Virus record (IMG/VR): IMGVR_UViG_3300046703_000335
Coordinates: 24,336 to 88,335 of that record
Source: a virus
Direction: 5' to 3' (one strand)
Length of the DNA: 64,000 nucleotides
A program made the position numbers and the translations under genes. Below the pieces are notes generated by a model, which had not been told where the DNA came from, did not search any database, and saw nothing but the letters and a program-made list of their open reading frames with translations. Positions 49,678 through 58,847 of the stretch are shown one piece after another; position 1 is the first letter of the stretch; every line of letters begins with the position of its first letter.

Positions 49678-50914
49678 TCGTAATAACCCCTTCAGAAAAG
49701 AACAAGTTTAGATATATCCCAATCGCTTTTTCTATTTGAACTCTCTTTAAAATTTCAAAATCTTTTGCGACTAATCCCACATGCATGGCAAGATCCCAGG
49801 GGGAACTTATATCTTCAATGCATTCTGAAATTTGGTGATATATTGCTTTTTTTATCGATGAAGTCATCCCTTTAGCCTTACAAATTTCCATAGCATCAGA
49901 TTCAACACAAAAAACAGAATTTGTATAGCTCCTTTGCTTTTTATCTAACCGGGATAATATCTCTGGAATTTCATCTTCAAATCTGGTAAGCATTAACGGG
50001 AGTATTTCCTTTAAACTTGAAGATTGTAACCCCTTATAATCTGATTTGAAGAATGATTCACCACCATAGAGTGCAATACAATTAGTCTTTGATATTTTAT
50101 TATATAATAATACATCTATGGACAGGGGACATGCATCTAATTCCGAGGCAGTTATTGAAAAACCAAGACAAATCGGACCATTAAAAGTATATTCTTTTTC
50201 AAATATAAAACGAGCATGAAATACTAAATCATCTTTTTCATCCCCATAAGCTTCTTCTATCTTAAAAGGCACATTCAAAGAATCCTTAATAATCTGTATC
50301 AACTCATATAGAGGGATGAATGATTTTGTTGTTGGAGTGACTGCTCTAATTATAGTGCATGCTTTCGATTCTCGTATTTTAAAAACATTTTGAGATTTTT
50401 TTACATCATCAACTAAACCTGCCTGCCAGGTCCGAACAATATTTTTCTTTAAAGAGGGTCTATTAGCTGCAAAGAATGTATAAGGGATTCCTATAATCTT
50501 ACAAAGTTGCTTCGTAGCATGTACCACTTTTGCATCTTTTGGATTTTGAAGATCTACTTTGAAATATAATCGCTGTTCATAATAATTCTTATCTTTAAAT
50601 TCTATATACGTATCATCTTCTGTTATCTCATAATTAACAGTCCGAAGATCTACCAAAAGATCCCGGCAGTTTTCATGCCAGGTCTTTAATCTCCCACATA
50701 AATCTGAGATATCTCGTGGAACTTCGGATTCTATCTCTGTAACATTATTAGAATCGATCTTATCTGGCAAATCTTTTGAAGGGAGTTTGTCTTTCTTGAT
50801 TCGATCTAATATATCTTTTTCGGAGAATTCCTCATTGAGAATATCTGTTATATCAACTTCCATAATTCCAATTCCATCTCTTTTATAAAAGAAATTGTAC
50901 CAGTACTCATCCAA
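49655..50914 (-). CDS. Hypothetical protein
   Basis: ORF only. Confidence 0.3.
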   Translation of the reverse strand: MDEYWYNFFYKRDGIGIMEVDITDILNEEFSEKDILDRIKKDKLPSKDLPDKIDSNNVTEIESEVPRDISDLCGRLKTWHENCRDLLVDLRTVNYEITEDDTYIEFKDKNYYEQRLYFKVDLQNPKDAKVVHATKQLCKIIGIPYTFFAANRPSLKKNIVRTWQAGLVDDVKKSQNVFKIRESKACTIIRAVTPTTKSFIPLYELIQIIKDSLNVPFKIEEAYGDEKDDLVFHARFIFEKEYTFNGPICLGFSITASELDACPLSIDVLLYNKISKTNCIALYGGESFFKSDYKGLQSSSLKEILPLMLTRFEDEIPEILSRLDKKQRSYTNSVFCVESDAMEICKAKGMTSSIKKAIYHQISECIEDISSPWDLAMHVGLVAKDFEILKRVQIEKAIGIYLNLFFSEGVITNDTQDSE

Positions 50915-51405
50915 GATACTATCTGCTCGATATCCCTTTTAAAATATAAATTAAAAATTGGTATCTTGTAATGCTGTGCAATACGTATCGCCTGACCTGT
51001 CCCACCTTCTGCTTTTCCATGAGGGGTATAACAAATAACAACATCTACTGGAGTATCCAAAGAGTCCCCCAGCACTTGGTATCCGTTTCTAGCAATCAAT
51101 ATCTTTGCAGCATATGATAGGGTATCCCAAGAGGGGTGGAATGCCTTAGCCAAAGCTATAGCTTTTTCTGACACGCCATATAACATGGAGATATTACTAT
51201 TGAATCCCTTCCAGGGTAAAAAAATCTTTTTCATGTCTGTATTATGCACCCCGAGCTCAAAAGCATTATCTGCTCCCTCCGCCCCTCCGGAATGTAGAAT
51301 ATATCCCTGCTTTTCCATAAAGGAAGCTATGGAAGTCATCAATTCTAATATCTCAGACTGACTCCGCCTGCTTCCTATACCACTATATATTTTTTGTTTC
51401 AGCAT
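50848..51405 (-). CDS. DprA/Smf-like (SLOG Rossmann) protein
   Basis: GIGSRR .. YILHSGGAEGADNAFELG matches the DprA GSR / SGGAxGxD motifs. Confidence 0.55.
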   Translation of the reverse strand: MLKQKIYSGIGSRRSQSEILELMTSIASFMEKQGYILHSGGAEGADNAFELGVHNTDMKKIFLPWKGFNSNISMLYGVSEKAIALAKAFHPSWDTLSYAAKILIARNGYQVLGDSLDTPVDVVICYTPHGKAEGGTGQAIRIAQHYKIPIFNLYFKRDIEQIVSWMSTGTISFIKEMELELWKLI

Positions 51406-51595
51406 ACTTTTGTCGAACTTTCTTACTTGTTGTTCGTTGCAGATTTCTTAGATAAGCTAACTTTTTAATCGCTTCCGCATAGCTCATATCCCCGACATTT
51501 TCGGAACCTGTATGAAGATATTTTTTGATATCCTTTTTAAGATCCAAGATATTCTCCACCAATTTTTTATAACGATCTAATTCAAAGTCTTCCAT
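51383..51595 (-). CDS. Hypothetical small protein
   Basis: ORF only. Confidence 0.25.
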   Translation of the reverse strand: MEDFELDRYKKLVENILDLKKDIKKYLHTGSENVGDMSYAEAIKKLAYLRNLQRTTSKKVRQKYAETKNI

Positions 51596-52224
51596 CTATC
51601 AAATTTCCTCTGAAGTTTTTGTTTGATAAATTTTACCATATTATCTGAGACTCCTAATATAGCTGCTACATCAGAAGAATTGCACCCAATCTTCTTACAA
51701 TCCAGAAAAGTAATCATCTGATTAGCGCTATTTCTTGATTCTGTATTTTTAACATAATCTTTAAATTCATTCAAATATTGATTAAATGTACTCTCCTCTT
51801 CTTCATCAAAAACCCGAGGAGTACAAGGGGAAAAGTCAATTTTGTAGGGTCCATTAAATGCTCCTATATGTTCCCAGACATCATCTGCATCAAAAATAGT
51901 TTGCATACCAATTCTTACTTTAGTTATGAAGTCATATTGCACCGAAACATTTTTCTTTGCCTTAACGGGAAGAAGCCAGCATAACAGGGTTGATATATAG
52001 GTATCAAAAGAACCTTTATCTTCTTTGTATAATTCAAGAGCTTTAGTTTGAATCATCCTAAGATAAAAATCTTGAAGGTGTTCCTGGATCAATTCACGAT
52101 CTCTGATCCCTGTTTTATATATAAAAAAATTTTGTAGTTGCTTACCATTTTTTTTCACAAACGATTTAACATCCCGGACGATTTCCATAAAAACCCCATA
52201 GTGTGATATGATATTTTTAGACAC
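51577..52224 (-). CDS. Sigma-70-family-like transcription factor
   Basis: Region-2-like ELIQEHLQDFYLRMI and C-terminal HTH NSSDVAAILGVSDNMVKFIKQK. Confidence 0.4.
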   Translation of the reverse strand: MSKNIISHYGVFMEIVRDVKSFVKKNGKQLQNFFIYKTGIRDRELIQEHLQDFYLRMIQTKALELYKEDKGSFDTYISTLLCWLLPVKAKKNVSVQYDFITKVRIGMQTIFDADDVWEHIGAFNGPYKIDFSPCTPRVFDEEEESTFNQYLNEFKDYVKNTESRNSANQMITFLDCKKIGCNSSDVAAILGVSDNMVKFIKQKLQRKFDRWKTLN

Positions 52225-55200
52225 TTAACATAAGACATAATGCCAAAAACGAATCTACAGAAAATTCTTCTGTAGATTTGTACAAAATTTCCCCATCCTT
52301 ATTCATAAGACAAAGTTTATTCCTGGGTCCTACAAATAAGTTATTTCCTGATCTCAGTACTTCCAAAATGAACTTTATTTTTTGAGCTGAAATAATATTT
52401 ATATCTATTGTGTAATTGAAAGAGCCATCTTTATCAATATTCTTTTCAATTTGTATGTCTTTACAAAAAGAAGTATCTATTTTTTCAGGTACTCGTCCAA
52501 GAATCTTAGGTACTTCCTTCCCAATATCCCTCTCCCCAACCACCGAATTCTGATAATAGCTATGTGCTTCATTTGTTGTTGACCCAGTAATACTGGAAGT
52601 TTTATTTATTTCTGAGTCTATTTCTTTTTTTTCCCCATTATTGATCAGATCATTTTCCAAGGTTGGTACTGTAATATCTGGTTTAACAGGTTCCTCAGGT
52701 TTAAGGGGCTTCTCAGGAAGACATTCAGAGGGTAATTCTGAAGATTGTAAAACAGATACTGGACTTGATACATCTGCCATTTTCGCTTCCATTTCTTTCC
52801 AATAATCATGATCTACATGAAAAGAGTCCCCATATTCGGCATCAACTTCAAGTGGGACTACCCACTTCAATTTATCTGTGATATCTCTAATTTTCATTAG
52901 TCTACATAATTCCGGAACAATCATATCCATCTTCTCTTCCCGTACCTCATAAAGCACTTCATCATGTACAGGAAGGAGAATTTTTACATCATCCTGAAGA
53001 TTATTATCATATATCCACTTATATACTCTCCACAAAGCAATTTTTATTACATCTGCGCCAGTATTTTTACTTATTATTCCTACTGAATCAAATCTATGAA
53101 GATCAGAATGCACCGCTAAAGTATAGGTATCTTCAATTTTATCTATTACAGTTTTTCGTTTTAATTTATAATGGTAGTAAATCTCTGATGGGAGCTCACA
53201 AGTATATTTCTCCATCAAAGATATCATCCCTGGTAAAGTCACAACTTTACCTGTATTGAGTTTACAAAAATATGCACAATCATTAGCATTTTTTCGATCA
53301 TATACAGAGTGCAAATTTGATCGGATAACTTCTCTTAAAAAGTTAGGCAAAATCATTTTATTAATAGTATTTCGCAGTTTCCATATCGTAGGAGGCAAAT
53401 CTAATAAATCTTCTACCTTTTTAAGATCTTGCCATTCCAATTTAAAATTTCCATTAGTGACAGATCTAACAATTGAAGATAATCCTAATGTCCAACCTAT
53501 AAGCTGAACATCCCGTAATAATGCTATATTAGGGGTATGGTACCCATATCTATTCTTTCTTTTTTTACACCCATCTGTATCAAAGTATCCTTGTAAGAAA
53601 GCTTTCCGCATAGCTACAGGTGCTTTATATATTACTTCAGGTATTCTCTTTCCTCGGGCATCAGCAGGTATATAGCCCAATTTTATAAATAAATCTACTA
53701 ATCCTTTTGAGTTTATCTGTACTTGATATGACTCCCCTTTAGCCGAATTAGTTTTCCTCATATTTGAAAGACATAAGCCAAGATCTTTCAAAGATTCCTC
53801 AATGGTAGGAAGATACTTTTTAATTTTTTCTGCACCCAGGCATAAAGTTAAGGACTGTCTTGAATCAGTTCTTATACCTCCATCTCCTATAATATAACCC
53901 ATCAAATAGCCAATAAAATCCCATTGTTCCTTAGTTTTTATACAAAAGGATTTTCCATTATGTACTTGAGACTCATAGGTATAATCCGCAGGATATTCAC
54001 CAAATTGTTTTATGGTAGGTATAGACACACATATCTCTGTATCTTCATTAAGATCACTAAAATGTCTAAACTCATAACCCTCTTTACCTACGACTAATAC
54101 TTCATGTCTTGTATCACAGTTTAAAACCATACCATTAGATAATTCTAATTGAGCAAGCTGTGCTTTACCTCTATTTATTACATCAAAGGTCTCCCAAGAA
54201 GTACCCGTCCAAATCTTTAATTTTCTTAATAACTCTATAGGTAGAATATAAAGTTCACCTATAGGTATATATCCTTTATTAGTTAGTACTCTCTCTTCCT
54301 TTGTCAAGCACCCTTGAATTGCTGAATTTATAGCGCATCTGTCACCTTTGGATTGTATACCTTTATCTGGTGAATTATAAAATTCTTCCAGGGGTCTTCT
54401 TCTTCCAAAAGCAGTCTTACTATATCCCCTCTTTCGGGATGCCGCCCATTCTCTTTTGATCCAGCTATTTAAACCTACATATTCTTTAAAAAAGTTAAGA
54501 ATCATTTTCTTGGCAGTCTCAAAAGGTATTTTTGCCTGTGCAGCAAAGCCCCCTGCGCCTCCTCCGTACATTGTCAAGAAGTTTACCGTTTTGCCAAGAG
54601 AGCGTTCTTTCTTTGTAATTTCAGTTTTACCTGTTATAATTTTACCTGTGATAGTATGAAGATCTCCTGTGCCATGTAAAAACTCTTGAACCCATTTTGG
54701 CTCTTTTGAAAAATTTGTGGCTATTCTAAGCTCTTCTCCACTATAGTCAATGGACACCATTTTGAATCCAAAATGAGCAATCATAGCTCTTCTCAAGTTT
54801 ACAGCGTAAGGGTTACTCTTATCATAGGTAGGAATGTTCTGACAGTTTACTCCACAATATCCATCAATTTCTAAACCTTGACCCCCGGACCCACTAAATC
54901 TACCGGTATCTGCCTGAACCTGATTAAGCTGAAATTTAACCTCATCATTTTCATCGGCGTTAGTCAGCCAATTATATAGATAAGTGCTTTGAATTTTAAC
55001 ATAGCCACGATAAGTCAAGATTAAATTAATGATCGGATTTTTAGTAGAAATCATCTCAAGTATTTCACTATTTGTCTGATAATGCCCAGTTTTTGTTTTT
55101 TCTGCTTTAGGAGGATAAGGTAATTTTAATTCATTAAAAAGTATGGAGCCAAGCTGCTGTGTGGAATTAATATCAAACTCATGTCCGACTATTGAGAAAA

Positions 55201-56065
55201 TCTCTTTTATTAACTTTGACATCATAATTTCTACTTCAGCATTAATCTTTATAAGATACTGCTTATCTATTTTTACTAAGTTGCGCTCCATTTCCATAGT
55301 GACAAAGAGACACCGTTTTTCTACCTTATAAATTGCCCACGGTCCTTCTTTTCCTGTAGGATCTATGGCATTAAGTTTACCTTTAAGATATAAATATAAT
55401 GCCATAGTATTCATTCCATCACCACCTCCATAATAAACTGCTTTCTGTGGTGGGACCAGATAAAATGCAACTACTCCTTTTTTTGTACCTTGTATTCCAA
55501 GATCGTCAATTTCAAGCTGAGGCCTATCAAGAAGTGCCCCAGAAAGATATTTCAAATTTTTTGTTTTTCTTGATGCATCCTCAATTGCTGCCATAAGATA
55601 TGTATCTTCATACATATCTTCATTAGTAAATTCCACTCCATGGGTTAATAATATTTGACCATCATATTTAAAGTTATGGAAAATAAGTACACAATTAGCA
55701 GCAAGTTTTTTTGTTTGTCGTATCATAAAATTTAATGATACATTAAATTCCTCAGCATGTTCATGAGCTACAGGGATATAGATACCTTCATCGGGATCGT
55801 GTGAAAGACATATTCCTACTATCTTTGCATGACAGCCATTATCTGCATCTTTACGGGTATTAAGGCTGTTAGTTTCAAGATCATATACGCATAATCCCTT
55901 CTGAACGCACTTATCGATATACTCTTCAATTTCTGTTTGTTTTGTAAGAAGTATGAAACGTTTTGTTTTCATCCAAGGACGAAGTTCAATAAGTTCTTTT
56001 ACTTTTATACTGGTAAAGTCGTCTAATAATGTCGTAGCTACCGCTATGTTATCTGATTTACTCAT
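52217..56065 (-). CDS. Family A DNA polymerase with 3'-5' exonuclease, interrupted by an intein
   Basis: Exo I VYDLETNSL. Motif A VSIDYSGEELR. Motif B KERSLGKTVNFLTMYG. Motif C LLPVHDEVLYEV. The extein junction INSAIQG | intein | TGADVIKIAL matches the PolA QG-TAADIIK region. Confidence 0.9.
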   Translation of the reverse strand: MSKSDNIAVATTLLDDFTSIKVKELIELRPWMKTKRFILLTKQTEIEEYIDKCVQKGLCVYDLETNSLNTRKDADNGCHAKIVGICLSHDPDEGIYIPVAHEHAEEFNVSLNFMIRQTKKLAANCVLIFHNFKYDGQILLTHGVEFTNEDMYEDTYLMAAIEDASRKTKNLKYLSGALLDRPQLEIDDLGIQGTKKGVVAFYLVPPQKAVYYGGGDGMNTMALYLYLKGKLNAIDPTGKEGPWAIYKVEKRCLFVTMEMERNLVKIDKQYLIKINAEVEIMMSKLIKEIFSIVGHEFDINSTQQLGSILFNELKLPYPPKAEKTKTGHYQTNSEILEMISTKNPIINLILTYRGYVKIQSTYLYNWLTNADENDEVKFQLNQVQADTGRFSGSGGQGLEIDGYCGVNCQNIPTYDKSNPYAVNLRRAMIAHFGFKMVSIDYSGEELRIATNFSKEPKWVQEFLHGTGDLHTITGKIITGKTEITKKERSLGKTVNFLTMYGGGAGGFAAQAKIPFETAKKMILNFFKEYVGLNSWIKREWAASRKRGYSKTAFGRRRPLEEFYNSPDKGIQSKGDRCAINSAIQGCLTKEERVLTNKGYIPIGELYILPIELLRKLKIWTGTSWETFDVINRGKAQLAQLELSNGMVLNCDTRHEVLVVGKEGYEFRHFSDLNEDTEICVSIPTIKQFGEYPADYTYESQVHNGKSFCIKTKEQWDFIGYLMGYIIGDGGIRTDSRQSLTLCLGAEKIKKYLPTIEESLKDLGLCLSNMRKTNSAKGESYQVQINSKGLVDLFIKLGYIPADARGKRIPEVIYKAPVAMRKAFLQGYFDTDGCKKRKNRYGYHTPNIALLRDVQLIGWTLGLSSIVRSVTNGNFKLEWQDLKKVEDLLDLPPTIWKLRNTINKMILPNFLREVIRSNLHSVYDRKNANDCAYFCKLNTGKVVTLPGMISLMEKYTCELPSEIYYHYKLKRKTVIDKIEDTYTLAVHSDLHRFDSVGIISKNTGADVIKIALWRVYKWIYDNNLQDDVKILLPVHDEVLYEVREEKMDMIVPELCRLMKIRDITDKLKWVVPLEVDAEYGDSFHVDHDYWKEMEAKMADVSSPVSVLQSSELPSECLPEKPLKPEEPVKPDITVPTLENDLINNGEKKEIDSEINKTSSITGSTTNEAHSYYQNSVVGERDIGKEVPKILGRVPEKIDTSFCKDIQIEKNIDKDGSFNYTIDINIISAQKIKFILEVLRSGNNLFVGPRNKLCLMNKDGEILYKSTEEFSVDSFLALCLMLSV
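53063..54310 (-). mobile_element. Intein (416 aa, protein residues 586-1001) with LAGLIDADG homing endonuclease, inserted in the polA finger/palm region
   Basis: N-terminal Cys (CLTKEERVLT). Two LAGLIDADG motifs (LMGYIIGDGG and LQGYFDTDG). C-terminal block G TYTLAVHSDLHRFDSVGIISKN ending in Asn, followed by Thr +1. Confidence 0.8.
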
Positions 56066-56066
56066 A

Positions 56067-56621
56067 TTATTTTTTATTCAACCTTTCAAACACTCGAAGC
56101 ATCCCACTCTTAAGTTTCGCACATTGTTCCAGAAATTGCTCTTCTGGTACAGCATACTTTAGAATCATATACGCATATACTATCTTAGCATAGGTAGGTA
56201 AATCAACATCCCCCCTGACAACTATAATAGCCTGGTTGATTTTTTCTAAAGCTAACTTTTTAGTATCTACTTTAGATTCTGTAACACGCTGAATCTTACG
56301 AATATGCTCTTCTGTAGCTTCTGGTAAAACAGATACATCAATATTATAGTCTTTAACAATATGATTTATAGCTTCACCAAAACCGATGCCTTGCTTCTTA
56401 CATATATAAGAAATGGAATCCCATCTCTCTTTACAAACCCAACAATATGCTGAATCTGTTACTCTATAATATCTGGCACTCTTTTTTCTATCAATACCAT
56501 GGAAATTACATCCGAATTGTTCTTCCTCAAGAGTATTAGTAATACGACCATCTATTCTTAGGAGTTCCCCTAAAGAAACATGTTGTTTTATTAATTCTTT
56601 AAGACTTTCAATATCTTTCAT
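56067..56621 (-). CDS. Primase-like CHC2 zinc-finger domain protein
   Basis: CNFHG .. CWVCKERW resembles the DnaG CHC2 zinc-binding domain. No TOPRIM domain recognised. Confidence 0.4.
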   Translation of the reverse strand: MKDIESLKELIKQHVSLGELLRIDGRITNTLEEEQFGCNFHGIDRKKSARYYRVTDSAYCWVCKERWDSISYICKKQGIGFGEAINHIVKDYNIDVSVLPEATEEHIRKIQRVTESKVDTKKLALEKINQAIIVVRGDVDLPTYAKIVYAYMILKYAVPEEQFLEQCAKLKSGMLRVFERLNKK

Positions 56622-58156
56622 CTTAATACTTCTGAAACATCTGTGATATTATCTGCGTTCTCTATAGCATGGGTGTAATTCCAAATGAAACCTGTTTCAA
56701 AATCTATACATGCATCAAACGGCTTAAAAAAGCTATTTCTTCGATTCTTAAGACAACAGTATTTTAATCTGTTATTATCTCCATCAGTATCAAATTTATA
56801 AGAGGATATAACGAGATCAGCACTTCGCTCAACTTCATGGTTATTACTGAGTGCTGTTAAATCATATAGCCCTTCATTCTTCTTAGCTTCACGATATCCA
56901 TCACGATTACACTGATGGGGGGATAACATCCTAATCCCCATACCATTATTAAACGTAAGGCAAAATCTTTTTAAATTTTTTACAATATTATTTGTTGTCT
57001 CGTTATGATCACGAGAGCGTTCCCCTTCATCAGCACCCATAAGACTTATATAATCTATTACACCAAAATCCAAATTTCTTCCAGTCAATTGCAAATCCTG
57101 TTGATATTGCCGAAATTTAAGATCTATCTCAGAAAGTGTAGTAACTGTTTTATCTGGTTGCCATACAAAGAATCTTCCGTAAGGTGAGTTCTCCGAAGTG
57201 TTATCAAGGTCATCACAAACTTTAAAAAAATATTCTTTCTCTTCTTTATTGAGTCTACCATACAAAACATCATTGTAGGAAATCTTACCAACAAGATGAG
57301 CATATTTAGGCCATTCTATTCTAAATTTTGGATTACAACTATGAAGGATATATATCTTATTTCTAATTTCTTGAAAGCTCATTTCCAAAGTAACAAAAGC
57401 AGTATTCCATCCCCCGTAAAGTGCTCGGTAAGCTTGATTAAGTGCAAAAGTTGTTTTACAATGACCTGTGAATGCCGTAATAATCATTAGCTCACCAGAC
57501 TTAAGACCTCCAGTAGACTCATCTATCTCTCGTAACCAAGTTTGTATCCCAATAGAATCAGTGGGATTCGCTTCTGATTTGTTGTACTGCTCTTTAACTT
57601 CCCGTGCATCTTCTTCACTGACGATCTGACTCTCTGTTTTTATACCAGCTTTTTGTTGACTAAAAGCCCGAGTTTCTCGTGCAATATAGCTAATAGAGTC
57701 AGAGATCCCTTTTAATTTTGTTTTAACTTTCCCCTTTACTATATCAAAACCTGTTGAAGCTATTTTCTGTGCATTATTGAGAATCTTATCTAATTCTAGG
57801 ATCTGCTGCTGTTCATTGTACTGCTTAAGTATAGTCCGGTAATCCATCCCTACATAAGGCTGTTGACTTTTAATTTTATCCAGAATTACAAGAGTTGATT
57901 CACTTCCTTCGACAGTCTGAAAATGATTTTTAATAAATTCAAAGGAAGGTACGGATAACTCTGTAGTATCACAACTTTTTATATATTCTAATATAAAGTA
58001 GTAAAGATTTTTATAAGCTTTTTCTTCAGGAGATTTAGGTATAATATCCTGCATAGCTCTAAAATTCTTTACGCAGTCTCTCTGAGATATTGTCTCAATA
58101 CCCTCAGCAGTTTTTATATATATAATTGATCTAAATAGCGCGTCAATTTCTATCAT
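56618..58156 (-). CDS. DnaB-family replicative helicase
   Basis: Walker A ITAFTGHCKTTFAL and TLEMS motif. RecA-like C-terminal domain. Confidence 0.75.
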   Translation of the reverse strand: MIEIDALFRSIIYIKTAEGIETISQRDCVKNFRAMQDIIPKSPEEKAYKNLYYFILEYIKSCDTTELSVPSFEFIKNHFQTVEGSESTLVILDKIKSQQPYVGMDYRTILKQYNEQQQILELDKILNNAQKIASTGFDIVKGKVKTKLKGISDSISYIARETRAFSQQKAGIKTESQIVSEEDAREVKEQYNKSEANPTDSIGIQTWLREIDESTGGLKSGELMIITAFTGHCKTTFALNQAYRALYGGWNTAFVTLEMSFQEIRNKIYILHSCNPKFRIEWPKYAHLVGKISYNDVLYGRLNKEEKEYFFKVCDDLDNTSENSPYGRFFVWQPDKTVTTLSEIDLKFRQYQQDLQLTGRNLDFGVIDYISLMGADEGERSRDHNETTNNIVKNLKRFCLTFNNGMGIRMLSPHQCNRDGYREAKKNEGLYDLTALSNNHEVERSADLVISSYKFDTDGDNNRLKYCCLKNRRNSFFKPFDACIDFETGFIWNYTHAIENADNITDVSEVLR

Positions 58157-58163
58157 ACTTTAC

Positions 58164-58844
58164 CTACATATTTGCGAGTTTATCGTTCGCTTTTTGTTCC
58201 AAATTAATTAAGTTAGATTTACGAGGTACATAACCTTTTAAATCTTTAATAGTACTTAAATTTACAGTCTTATAATTTTCAAAATAAATTTTTAGGTCAT
58301 CACTATATTCACGGGCATCTTTTAAGTGAATAGATGAATGAGCAAATATCCAAGTAGGTTTCGCAAGACGGCCCCTATTTTTTATTACTTCTAGTACACA
58401 ATCCTTGAGGCTAGCATACCGGGCACTTGTTGTGAACATTAATGCCAACATATCATATTGATTAAGATGTGATGTAGTCAACCAATCTCCACTCGAATCC
58501 TTAGGTACATTATACTGCTCAACAATAGTGCCTCCTTCAAGAATTATATAATTCTTATACATAAAGCCTGTTAAAAAATAGCACTTTACGATATACAAGT
58601 ATAAGTCTTCTAATCCATGAAAGATAATATCATTATTCCCGAACAGTTTATGAACAGTAGCAGAGTCTGTCGGATTAGCAGGACTTACAGGAGACAAGAT
58701 ACCAAACTTCTTACTGATACTAGCATTTATTCGGCAATAACATGGCTCTGTATGAGGATAGATCACTCTATGACCAGATTCATTCTTTTCAGTAAAACCA
58801 GTTCCTATAAAACCGGTGTCACCACAATACGGGCACTTTCCCAT
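58164..58844 (-). CDS. Hypothetical protein with N-terminal zinc ribbon (possible helicase-associated factor)
   Basis: CPYCGDTG .. CYC. Confidence 0.3.
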   Translation of the reverse strand: MGKCPYCGDTGFIGTGFTEKNESGHRVIYPHTEPCYCRINASISKKFGILSPVSPANPTDSATVHKLFGNNDIIFHGLEDLYLYIVKCYFLTGFMYKNYIILEGGTIVEQYNVPKDSSGDWLTTSHLNQYDMLALMFTTSARYASLKDCVLEVIKNRGRLAKPTWIFAHSSIHLKDAREYSDDLKIYFENYKTVNLSTIKDLKGYVPRKSNLINLEQKANDKLANM

Positions 58845-58847
58845 AAA

